A stretch of DNA of 64,000 nt from Eledone cirrhosa. Taxonomy: Eukaryota. This document shows, one piece after another, positions 52,301-64,000 of this stretch. The translations under genes and the position numbers were made by a program. The DNA lies in assembly GCA_964016885.1 (NCBI GenBank), contig OZ024756.1, positions 20,584,001 through 20,648,000 on the forward strand. Direction: 5' to 3'. The notes under the pieces were generated by a model that was not told the origin of the DNA, made no database searches, and saw only the letters and a list, made by a program, of their open reading frames with translations. How positions within the stretch are numbered: position 1 is the stretch's first letter; each line of letters begins with the position of its first letter.

Positions 52301-54599
52301 GGAATTTCACTTATCCCTTCATATTGTAAATGTTGAGTGTGTTGTTTCTCCATTAGGGATCTATAAAGACCACGTGACACTTCAATGAAGCGGGGTTGGG
52401 GTGTAGTTACACAGGGCACTGCATCACTGACATTGGCACTGATGTGTGTGGTACCCCAACTGTTGTAACGAAAGGGCTACCATTTGTGATTCCAAAAAAC
52501 TTGAGTCAGTTTCACTGAAAACATAATTGTTGTGATACAATATAAAATAGGAGAATTGACAAGATAATTAAGCCAATTTCAGATACATATATAGTCATAT
52601 ATACATGTATACTTCCTTTCACAGTCAACACTGTAAAGTGGTTGTTTTGGTGCCCTGACTAAAGGCCCCAAGTCCACACTGTAAAGTGGTCGTTTTAGTG
52701 CCCTGACAAAAGACTCCAGTCAACACTGTAAAGTGGTCATTTTGGTGACCCAACAAAAGGCCCCCAGCCCACATTGTAAAGTGGTTGTTACTGTGCCATG
52801 ATAAAAGACCCCCAGTCTACACTATAAATTGGTTGTTTTGGTCCCCTGAGAAAAGGCCCCCAGTCCACACTGTAAAGTGGTCGTTTTTGTGCCATGATAA
52901 AAAGCACCCTTTACTCACTGTAAATGTGGTTGGTGTTAGGAAGAGCATCCAACTGTAGAAACCAACCCCAAATCAGTTCTGTATGAGCAAGACATGGTCA
53001 TCTGATCTGATTTTGTCTCACGAGACAACTCGTCTAACCCATGCTAGTGTAGAAAAATGAACATTAAACGGTGATGATATATATATATATATTTACTGTT
53101 TTGTTGTGAGAGAAAGGGCAGTTCTCAGGGCAGACGTTCATAATTTTTGGGGGTGTGCAGTTGCACCACCATGCACCCATACATAAAGGCCACTTTTGTC
53201 TACAATATAATTTTGTTCCAGCATTGTGTCATTTTTCCCCAGTAATATCTATCTTTAATATTTGCTAAGCTCTTAAATTCTTTTTCATAATTATACAATA
53301 TAGGGCAGTGTTGAGTTGTTGTGTATTCTGAGGTCAGCTCTAATCAAACAGATCTATAGAGGAGACCTCTGGTGTCCTTGGCCCTAGGGCCAACTCCATA
53401 CTCACTGCCATCGGCACAGAGTTGGTTACCTGCAGGTGTGAGCCTCACGTACTGGAATGGTTCTTACAGCGCATCCTCCGATGAAACGCTTTCTCTATTC
53501 TGTCCGCTGGGGCTGTAGGACGGCCAGCGCACGGGCCCCCATTTGCTCATAATAGTGAGAGATGGGGAGAGAGGCAGTGATGGTGGGAGTTTGGTTCCTT
53601 TGTGTTCGGACCTGGTGTATATGTTTTACAGACACGCACTAAATCTAGATAAAATATTAATATACATATGACCAGGATTGATCCACATATAACCATATCC
53701 CTATCTAGCTGAGAACCATACTGCACACGTCTTCAACATGTAGCAATGGTTTCTATTGGGTGTCATGTGGCAATCTGGGCTTACTATTTCTGTATGTCTA
53801 CTGAACATGTGGCAATGGTTTGTATAGGGTCTCATGTGGCAATTTGGACTTACTGTTCCTGTGTGTCTACTGAACATGTAGCAATGGTTTGTATAGGAAC
53901 CATGTGACAGTCTGGCCATGCTATTTGTTTACCTACTCAACATGTCAGTATCTCTAAGTCTATCTTAAGCCAGAAGGCTTGTTAGACCAGTGCTTATTCC
54001 GGTTTCATGGCGTGAAGTGACTGAGAGTACAAGACTTCCCCCTAGAAAGGACGCCAGTCCATTGCAGGGTTAAACCCCCAGCTATTGCTGGTACTCATTT
54101 TCAGCTGAGTATACTGGAGCAACATGAAATGAAGTGTTTTGCTCAAGAACACAACACGCAACCCAACCCAAGATTTGAACCCATGACATTATGATTGTAA
54201 GTCCAATACCTTCACCACCAAGCCACACACCTCCACAACTTAACATGTAGAAATGGTTTCTATAGGATGTCATGTGGCAGACAGTCTGGACTTGCTATTC
54301 CTGTATATCACAACATGTAGCAATGTCAATATAGGACATCATGTGACAAGACAGTCTGGATTTACTATTCTTGTGTCTACATGTCTACTATCCCAACACA
54401 AGACACATCATGTCTGTCATTTCAGCTGATTTACAATATATCTCATGTGTTTACTGCAATCAAGGAATTATTGAGACGTGTTGTAAAAATTTAGGAAATA
54501 TTTTAACAACACTACTTGACCTGATTAGAACAATAGAATGTGTAGTTAACTCTTCACATCTAATCTCTCTCTCTCTCTCTTTATATATATATATTTATA

Positions 54600-55126
54600 T
54601 ATATATATATATAAACGAAAATGTCTGCCTTTCTGTATGCAAGTGATGCATTTCCAGTTTCTATCCAATTTTGTTCAAATTTGATACATAGGTTATTTAG
54701 CTCCCAGAGCATGTCAACATATAGTTTAAATCTTTCTCTCCCCTAAAATAGCAGAGTTCTGGGGCTATTTAAAGACGGCCTTGTTGAGGAGAGAAGGGGT
54801 CTTTATTTACAGTGGCGAAAGGTGTGCTAGTGATTTATAAAAATAGTCTAAATTTATAAGAAAATATCTAAATGTGTGTTTCATAATTTATATATTTATT
54901 GCGTTTACATCGTAAAAATTTGCAGTAAACTAAAGACTTCAATTTTTAATGTGAGGCAGTCATAGAGTTGTTTTATACTATTAAAAAATGTCTTGCCACT
55001 GTGGTTTCTTGCAGTGCAGGATGTTAAGAGTTAAACAATTAAAAAAAAATGTATGGATCACTGATGGTTTATTAAAGTTAGTTGTTGAGTTGTGTTAACA
55101 ACTTAATTGGTGCCAGGAATAGCTAG
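54600..55126 (+). mobile_element. Possible non-autonomous Helitron-like element
   Basis: Starts TATATATAAACGAAAATGTCTG and ends GCTAG-T. A Helitron-like 3' end (CTAG plus hairpin CCCGGCGTTGCTCGGG) also lies on the minus strand at 11163-11192. Confidence 0.4.
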
Positions 55127-57609
55127 TGATAGATGAAGTAGTAGGTCGTAGAGATTTAGGAAACTACACTTTTGATAAAACACAGAGAGAATGTATGTAT
55201 AAGGAGTAGAGTTATATGGTGTGTATATATATATATCAATTATGTGTTGTGTATATATCAGTAATATGGAGTGCACATGTCAGTAATATATTGTTAGGAG
55301 AGTATATAAAGAGTAGAATTATATGGTGTGTATATATCAGTAGTATGGAGTGTATATATCAGTTATATATTGTGAGATGATAATGAAAGATGGGCAATGG
55401 AAACAGAATAGGAAGAGAATTGTGGGAGGAAGTGGGTATTGATAGACATTAGACTGGTGTATATGGAGGGAGAGAGAGAGAGAAAAGGGGTATTGAGGCA
55501 TTAGATTGATGTATATGGAGAGAGAGAGAGAAGGGGGTATTGAGGCATTAGATTGGTGTATATGGAGAGAGACAGAGGTATTGATAGACATTAGATGGGT
55601 ATATATAAAGATGCACTGTAAGTGTTAGGTCATAAGTCCACTTAATGTTCAGCTAAGTTTTGTTTAACCCAAAATAAACACATCTCCGCCTTCATTGTAA
55701 ATTATAAGATCAATAGAACTGCATAGTTTTTACCTTAGGTAGGGAGCAACTGAACAGGTGTTTACATAAATAGTAGCTCCCTTATTGGGTTTCTTGTGGG
55801 AGTAGTATTAGGGTTAAATTTAGATCTCTTCTAAGAATAGTTTCAATAAATGTTTGTGTCAAGACACTGGGTACAAGTATAGGTGTAAAAAGCATCTTGT
55901 AGATGGAGTCAAAGAACTGATTCCTTGTTTTGGGTTTCATTTGTTTCAGGCCATTGTTTGAAAGTTAAATCTAGTTACTGCTATTAATATGGCGTCAGCC
56001 AAAGATGTACCGATTCTATTCAACTAGCTTTATAAACCAATATATATACACACACACACCTACAAGACATTTCTGTTGACCAGCTTTACCAATATGGTTT
56101 TATAGTAAAAAATATATTATAATATAATTAACAACACATCTCAGGTACTTAGATATTTAAACCGGCTGTATCTGGCCAGAATTCTCTCACCTCTTACTGA
56201 TGTTAAGGTATTGTTAGCAAATTAAATAAAATATCAAAATCTCAGTTTTGATATTATGTGAGGTAAAGACATTACTGCGAAAATACAATAGCATATATAT
56301 AGAGAGTAATGTAAATGCTAAAGGGTTAATGACTATTTTGCTGACCTGTCTGATAGTGGTCAAAGAATAAATGGAGATCAACTGATGACCTATAATGTTG
56401 CCCTAGTTTGTCAGTGTGAGGCTGTTTATATAAATGACAAAAAATATTTAACCCTTTTGATAACAACCCTGCCAAAATCCTGCTCTGATTCTATGAAGCT
56501 AAACCATACATATTAACCCTTTGGCATTTACATTACTCTATATATATTATATTTTCATGGTAAAGGCTTTATATCATATAATATTGAATCTATGAGATTT
56601 TGATATTATTTATTTTGAGAACAATACCTGAACATCAGTATGAGTTGTCAGTTTAAATGCTAAAGGGTTAACGGATTCCAACTGATGGAAAACGTAGTAG
56701 AGGAAGACTTGGTTGGACATTTATTGATCAACTCTCATATGATACAAACTGCAGTAGGAAACAGTTGCCAGGAGCAATGGAAAATGGTGGATTGTAGAGA
56801 GACTATGGTCACAAATACGATTTAGATAAAATTCTTCCAAAATAATTATATATAAGAACCATATTTTAGTGATGAACCATTAATAATTCTAGTAAATCCC
56901 TCAAAATACTTCATTAATCAATTGACATAGTGTATTTAATTCGACATAATTTTAGTAAATTCCTCCAAATTCTTCATTAGTTAATTGAAGTGGAGTGTAT
57001 TTAATTAGAAATACAAACTAATTCGTTAATATTATAATTGCATATTATATTACTTTCAGATCTGAAACCTAAAACTGTTTTAACTGACAAGCTGCTGTTT
57101 AGAAGTCTGTCTAGATTTTCAGGCTGTTTACATAAATAGTAGCTCCCTATTGGGTTTCTTGTAGGAGTAGTATTAGGGTTAAATTTAGATCTTCTCTTCT
57201 AAGAATAGTTTCAATAAATGGCTGTGTTAAGACACTGGGTACAAGTATAGCTGTAAAATATTTGTTATTGTGTGTATAAAGCATCTTGTAGATGGAGTCA
57301 AAGAACTGATTCCTTGCTTTCGGTATCATTTCTTAGTTAAATCTAGTTACTGCTATCAACACTGCCACAGACATGGCTTTATAATAAAACATTTCAAAGA
57401 AGACTATTAAAAAGTTATGGAGAATATATTTCAAATAGAAATATTAGTGTTTTGGGCTTTGAGATTCTATTTTAAAACTAAAAATATCATTTCTATCTCA
57501 GTAGAAATTGGGAATGTTTGCGAGGTGGTGGTGAGGGTAGTAAATTTAGTTCCTTCTCAACAAATAACATAATAATCCCCTTATTTGCTTATCAAGTGAG
57601 GTGGAAGGT

Positions 57610-57820
57610 AGATCTCGTCAAATCGGACCAAGGAAACAATGTTTCCATTGGTCTTTCCAATTGCTGATACTATCTACCGGTCACAACTTCTGACAGAAAG
57701 AGCAATGTGAAATAAAGTGTCTTGCTCAAGGACACAACGCATCACCCAGTCAGGGAATCGAACTTGCAACCTCACAATTGCAAATCCAACTGTCTAACCA
57801 GTAAGCTACACACTTTCACC
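57610..57820 (-). mobile_element. SINE family 4 (copies at about 7410-7620 and 21650-21762)
   Basis: Shared TCAAATCGGACCxAGGAAxCAATGTTTCCATTGGTCT segment, joined here to the AAGTGTCTTGCTCAAGG domain. Confidence 0.65.
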
Positions 57821-59407
57821 TACCTATGCTAGCATGGAAGATGGACGTTAAACGATGATAATGATGTATGTATGGTACCATAACTCCTGATAGTCGTAGG
57901 GGTGTCGTTCGTATTGACATACTGTGTTTCTTGGGTATTTTAAGCCTGGCGGAGCCCACCCCTCTCCAGGCCTGAGTACAGCAGATTTCTTCATGAGAAA
58001 GAGATATAGAGGAAGAATCAACTCCAGTACTAAACTGATACTTTTTTTTATCGACCTCGAAAGAATGAAAGCAAAGTTGACCTCGGTGGGATTTGAACTC
58101 AGAGAGCAGATATAATAATATAAAACATTAATCCAATACTCAACAACTTCCACCAATTCACTACCTTACTGTTTCTCTCACATCTTTATAATAAAGATGA
58201 TATCTCCTCATGTAATTTTCAGAAATGTTGCATCAGCTTTTTTATTCTTCTTTTTTCCCCTCTTATCATTTTATGTCAGTTTTTCCTCCTTTATCATCTT
58301 ATGTCAGTTTTTACATACTCACAACCACCCACTCATTAGTTGTTTTTTTTTAATCTGATTGTCTTGGTCATTATAAAACTGATATAGACATAACTCTAGG
58401 TTGGTAGTGTTATTGTTTAACTTTAACTCAGTTCTGATTAGGCAAGGCTGATCTATAAGGAACCATTCCAGCTGATTCTGTCTGCTAACATTATAGAGAT
58501 AATTTTAATACCAGTCATATCCTGATAACAATCCAATATTTTCCTCTCCTGCATATTTATGATCTTGTGTCAATATGGGAAAACAATATGTTATATGGAG
58601 ATGGGAGAGGGATAGACTGTAGGGGTAAGGGAGAAGTTTGTTATGGGGCCTGCACGATCAAGTTGGTTTCTTCTTCTACTACTATCTTTGTTGAGTTATC
58701 CTATTTAAAGTGAAGCATTCATTTTGCTTTTTCTAATAGCTAGAATATATGCAGCTTGCCACACCTGGATACTCATAGATTTCTCCGCTAACTGGAGCAG
58801 TTGTTCCGACCCATTGTCAAATTAATAGTCAATCATCTGTGAAGCCATTGATGTTCATGACACCAAGGTCATCTAATTAAACTGATAATCGTCAGATGAA
58901 CTACTGTTTATTATGAGACAAGCAGGATTATTATCCCGGCTTACTCCTGTAGATCCAACCTGTTCTGCTAGACTATCCTATGATAGCCATAACAGAGGCA
59001 CTTCATGTACAATGTGGCTCTTCACCACGTAGGTCAGTCTTCAAACTGAGAGGCTATGTACTCAGCTTGAATGAGCATACATGGCACATCATCATTTCAT
59101 TGAGTGGCATGTTGAACAAACACTGGAATACACAGGGACACCTCGAAAGAACATTCACTGCCAACCAGTGAGATCTACTACAGCTCAGCACACTCTTAAA
59201 TTAACATATACATATTTACACACCCTCATGATATATTTACATATGTACACACTATTGAATGGCCATTGACTCTCATGAGTTCCTCTCTACTACTACTACA
59301 CACAAACTCCTTTTAAAACCTTAGCAGGGAAGATGACTTTAAAATGTTTGTTGTTGTTATATGAAGATGAGAAAGAAAGAAATGTTTGTTCTATTTTGTT
59401 TTTGTAG

Positions 59408-59547
59408 GGGGCTACCAGAGTGGATTGGCAATGGCAGAAGATTCTGATCCAGTTGAAGGAGAAGAGGAAGAAGCCACTGTAGAGACAGATGATGGAGCAA
59501 GTGAGGAAGCAGGTACAGTTGAGACTGAATCTGCTGTATCAGATAAA
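59408..59547 (+). CDS. SSR1: TRAP-alpha exon 2, acidic N-terminal region (GGYQSGLAMAEDSDPVEGEEEEATVETDDGASEEAGTVETESAVSDK)
   Basis: Polypyrimidine tract plus TAG acceptor and GTGAGT donor. 140 nt, phase 1 to 0. Acidic stretch typical of TRAP-alpha. Confidence 0.9.
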
Positions 59548-60064
59548 GTGAGTCATCCCTCTTGAGGTATAGTAGCTGATAATTGTCTTTTTCCATTTAC
59601 TATGTTATATCAAAGTCTTTAGCAGGCCTTGGTATTTATTTTGGTGACCTCAGTGTGCTCTGAGTTCAAATCCTGCTGAGATTAACTTGGCCTTTCAATC
59701 CTTTCAAGGTTGGTTATAAAGTACCAGTCATGTATTGAGGGTTGATTTACTCTTCCTCTGGAAGAAATCAACTCTTCTCCGACTTGGAGAGGGATGGGCT
59801 CTGCCAGGTTTAAAAGGTCTAAGACCAGCCATATATCAGGATGGTACACCTATGACTCCAGCAGGAATTAAGGAACCTTTTACCATTTTTTTGTTATTTT
59901 TACCTATGCCATATTAAAATACCAAGTCAACTTGCACAAAAGTTATCAAAGTTTCAAGACGGTGATAGAGCAACAGACACCAAAATGTTTGCTATATTTA
60001 GTTACAACCCTTTAAGTTCTGAGTTCAAATCCCACTGGTGTCAATTTTGCCATTCATCTTTCTC

Positions 60065-60560
60065 TCATCATTTTACGTTCATTGTTCCACGCTTGCATGG
60101 GTTGGACAGGTCCTTCTCAGTACAGCATCTCTCCACTTGTCACATTCCTTTGACATCTTTTCCGTTGAGCTTTAACAATCTGAGATCAGTTCTCACTACA
60201 TCTATCCAGGTCTTCCCTGGTCCACCTCTACTGCAGCCTCCCACCACTGGGATTACTTGGCACTTCTTCACCCAGCAATCATCATCCATGTGCATCACAT
60301 GTCGATACCAACACTGTCGCCTCTCCTGCACACTACTTCTGATTCCTCTTATATTCAGTTTCTCCCTCACTTCATCCATGATTTGTCATTCTCACACATT
60401 AACATTGCACATCTAGCGAAGCATGCTTACCTCATTTCTCTCCAGCTATCACATGTCCTCGGTGTTCACTGCCTATGACTCACTACCATGCAGCATGGCA
60501 CTTTGCACACAGGTGTCATACAGTTGACCTTTCATTCGTAGGGAGAAACCTTTTGTTGAT
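60065..60560 (-). mobile_element. RTE LINE 3' fragment in SSR1 intron 2
   Basis: Peptide REKLNIRGIRSSVQERRQCWYRHVMHMDDDCWVKKC..RGGPGKTW. Confidence 0.75.
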
Positions 60561-61089
60561 AAACTAAATCACTAATCCAATATAGAGGCCTATTTATTTG
60601 ACTATATTATCATCCACCCTAGCTACCACCTCTACATATCACAAGAACTATCATAAATCAGGTTCGTTAAGTGAGATCAGTCCCATCATTAAAATTAACC
60701 CCAAAGGAGTTTCTATTATTAATACCCTGGGATAATTGCTGGCCTTGTGCCAAAAGTAGAAACAATTATTAAAACTTCTTTTTATAAAATGAAGATAAAA
60801 CCCATACTAACATGAAAACTAACACGATAGGTGGTGGTGGTGTTAGTGATAGTAGTAGTGGTGGTGGTGGTGGTGGTGGTGTTAGTGATAGTAGTAGTGG
60901 TGGTGGTGGTGTTAGTGATAGTAGTGGTGGTGTTAGTGATAGTAGTAGTGGTGGTGCTGGTGGAAGTAGTAATAGTTGTGGTGGTGGTAGTAAAAGTATT
61001 AGTAGTAGTAATAGCAACAATAATATTAGTAGTAGTAATAGCAGTGTTTAGATTTTATAATTTATGTTGATCTTTTTATTGTATTTCAG

Positions 61090-61183
61090 GGAGAAGAGGA
61101 AGATGAGGATGATGATAAACCTTTAAGTGCATCACCTTTTGCTGACACCTATATTCTTTTCATTAAGCCAGTAACATCTGCAG
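61090..61183 (+). CDS. SSR1: TRAP-alpha exon 3 (GEEEDEDDDKPLSASPFADTYILFIKPVTSA)
   Basis: TTTCAG acceptor and GT donor. 94 nt, phase 0 to 1. Contains the conserved ASPxADTxILF motif. Confidence 0.93.
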
Positions 61184-61236
61184 GTGGGCAACATATCTTT
61201 ACACTAATTATTTCAACATAAACTTTGGACTGTGTA

Positions 61237-61826
61237 GATTAACTCAATGTCCTGTACCACACAAAACTGATTTAGCAAAACATTCCTTGAAAAATAGAAA
61301 ACAGCTCTATGACTGCATTACATTAAAAATTAAAGTCATTACCTTAATGCTGCAAAATTTCACAACAATCTGTCCACTAGCTAAGATACTAAAACATCTG
61401 AATTAATAAATTACATTAAGAAGACATTCTTGAAAAATAGAAAACAGCACTGACTGCATCTCATTAAAGTCTTTACAACAGTCTGTTCACTAGTAAAGAT
61501 ACTATAAACATTTAAATTAACAAACCTGATTAACTCAATGTCCTGTACCACACAAAACTGATTTAGCAAAACATTCCTTGAAAAATAGAAAACAGCTCTA
61601 TGACTGCATTACATTAAAAATTAAAGTCATTACCTTAATGCTGCAAAATTTCACAACAATCTGTCCACTAGCTAAGATACTAAAACATTTGAATTAATAA
61701 ATTACATTAAGAAGACATTCTTGAAAAATAGAAAACAGCACTGACTGCATCTCATTAAAAATTAAAGTCTTTACAACAGTCTGTTCACTAGTAAAGATAC
61801 TATAAACATTTAAATTAACAAACCTG
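61237..61826. repeat. Recent tandem duplication of about 291 bp in SSR1 intron 3
   Basis: GATTAACTCAATGTCCTGTACC starts at 61237 and 61528. The two copies are nearly identical. Confidence 0.9.
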
Positions 61827-62488
61827 CTTTTAATTATTTCCTGTGGAATCACTATAGGATGTTAGGAGTTAAAAATGAATATTAGGTGTAAACAAACTAT
61901 TGCTCACCGTGTTTTTTGATTCCTTGTTCTTTAACCCGTTAAGCATTTACATTACTCTATATATACTATTGTATTTTCAGGGTAAAGGCTTTATCTCACA
62001 TAATATTGAAGCTATGAGATTGTGATGTTATTTATTTTGAGAACAGTACCTTAGCATTGATATGAATGGGCAATTACGGTTGGTTTGAACAAAAAGAGGC
62101 TAGAGGATTCTGGCCAGATGCTAATATAGAGCCACAATCAATACAAACCTTTAGCTATGGAACTGAAACTTCTATCATGAGATTTCTTACATAACATTAA
62201 TGGTTTTTAATTACTCTTGAGAATAATTATTAGCAGGTTGGTATTTAGAACATAGCTTAACAAAGGTTTTTTTAGATAAATATAAACACATTAAAACAAA
62301 GTTTTGTGTCTTATTTCTAGGGGCAGTTTCAGGCATGTTGATAATAAAAAAGGGTCAAATCATTTTCATAGGTTTTTAGATAAATATAAACACATTAAAA
62401 CAAAGTTTTGTGCCGTATTTCCAGGAGCAGTTTCAGGCGTGTTGATATCAAAAGGGTTAAGTTATTTTTATTCATATTTCATGTATAG

Positions 62489-62616
62489 AACTGCCAGCTG
62501 GAAAATCTGTTCGTATATTAGTTGGATTTACAAATGGTGGTAAGGCTGACTTCACAGTTGACACGATGGAAGCATCCCTTAGATATCCCCAAGACTTCTC
62601 ATTTTATATCCAAAAT
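62489..62616 (+). CDS. SSR1: TRAP-alpha exon 4 (ELPAGKSVRILVGFTNGGKADFTVDTMEASLRYPQDFSFYIQN); gene continues beyond window
   Basis: Diagnostic LVGFTN...ASxRYPQDFxFYIQN motif, TAG acceptor and GTAAGT donor. 128 nt, phase 1 to 0. Confidence 0.95.
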
Positions 62617-62754
62617 GTAAGTATATCAATTTCCTGAAATATAATTCTTTATTGTGTATGTGATTATGTTTTTGAATTCTTTTTTTAAAAAAAAAGCCTC
62701 ACAGTATAGTGTGTGTGTGTGTGTAAGATGTCATATATATCTATCATCATCATC

Positions 62755-63000
62755 ATGGTCCCCTAACCCCTCTCGGGGTTGTTGGGACACTGCAGTGCCA
62801 AATGCTGCACCAACTGCCTCCATCTTTGGCAGTCATGGGGCAGGTGCTTGGGTTGTGGCAAAGTTCTTCCCTGTTCACTGCTGCTTGTTTCTCCTGCCTT
62901 CTCTTCCTTTGCACTGTTCCTTGGAGAGTTGTCTTAGAGAGTCTGACTGCTCTTGTCACATGTCCACACCACCTCAACTTTCTCCTCTTCACCGTGGTCA
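62755..63000 (-). mobile_element. RTE-like LINE 3' fragment
   Basis: Peptide LTTVKRRKLRWCGHVTR..LSKTTLQGTV, with an (ATG)n tail on the minus strand. Confidence 0.7.
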
Positions 63001-63214
63001 ACAAACAGACATTAAATAATGATGATAATGTTAGTGATTATATCTATCAATAATTATACAGAATATTTGATAGAAAGATCTGTATTTTAATGTAGAAATT
63101 GATAGAAAGATCATCAAGGTGCATAGAATAATGTACAAATGTCAGGAAAGTGAACAGTGTATGAGTCATGATATACACACGCAGATACATGAGTGCGTGT
63201 GTATGGCGGGGGGA

Positions 63215-63455
63215 ATATCGGGTTTACTGTTGGCGAATTTCGGAAAGCATGGAGGTTTTAAAGGATGCAGTGTCCTGACAGCTAATAACCGATGCAGGTA
63301 GCTTGTTCCATGGTTCAGCAACTACGAGTATGAAAAAATGTTTCCGAAAGTCATGGGAGCTGTTTTGTTTTCTGACTTTGTAGGCATGCCCACGGATGTT
63401 AGACATTTGGATTTAAAAAAGGTCCTCAGGGTTGTTGTTGGCAAGATGGAACATA
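63215..63455 (-). mobile_element. CR1/L2-group LINE 3' fragment
   Basis: Peptide RGHAYKVRKQ..DFRKHFF..V.EPWNKLPASV...FK. Confidence 0.75.
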
Positions 63456-64000
63456 GATATTGATTTCTCTAAATTTCAGGCAAGATTCTGCAGAGTTTCT
63501 TGTCGAAAGGGATTCTTATTTTCACTGAAATTCATGACAATTTCTTTAGATCCAGATGCTGGTATTGCTTCGTGCTTTCATCTCTGATTTCTTGGAATAG
63601 TTCCCTCATCACCTTTTAACGTCCATTTTCCCACACTAACATGGGTTAGACGAGTTGTCCCATTGTGAGATATGTCAGATCAGGTGACTGTTTCTGTGGC
63701 TGGATGCCCTTCCTAACACCGACCACATTTACAGTGTGAACTGGGTGCTTTTTATTGTGACACCTACATGACCACTTTACAGGGTGGACTGGGTGCTTTT
63801 TGTTATGTCACCAACCTGACCACTTTACAGTGTGGACTGTCATCAATCTGACCACATTCCTAATTAAATTTATTAAGTAGGAATTTTTAAAATCAATTTG
63901 ATTAACTGTGTTTATGTTAAAATTCTATTCTAGGAGAGCCAGATGTTCCAAGGTAGGTAATTTCTCCCTGTCTGTGACTGGTATCATTTAACAGTTAAGC

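Overview
Repeat-rich, AT-rich eukaryotic DNA. The SINE, LINE and microsatellite content looks like an octopus/cephalopod genome (inference). Nearly all long ORFs in the supplied track are microsatellite artefacts. The one confidently identified gene is SSR1/TRAP-alpha on the + strand: coding exons 1-4 lie at 49258-62616 and the gene continues past the window end. It starts at a CCAAT-box promoter that also seems to drive a divergent spliced minus-strand transcript. A possible second spliced + strand gene with a degenerate EF-hand-like C-terminus lies at about 31.4-34.8 kb. The rest is tRNA-derived SINEs, fragments of RTE, CR1 and CRE-like LINEs, TTAA-flanked MITEs, Helitron-like ends, minisatellites and a 200-N assembly gap. 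The most striking observation is five minimal type I hammerhead ribozyme motifs that can be paired by eye, belonging to three sequence families, plus degenerate copies. They sit in short, often fold-back elements within or beside (TA)n microsatellites, consistent with non-autonomous Penelope-like/retrozyme-type elements. Four of the five cluster within 2.5 kb at 29.6-32.0 kb.
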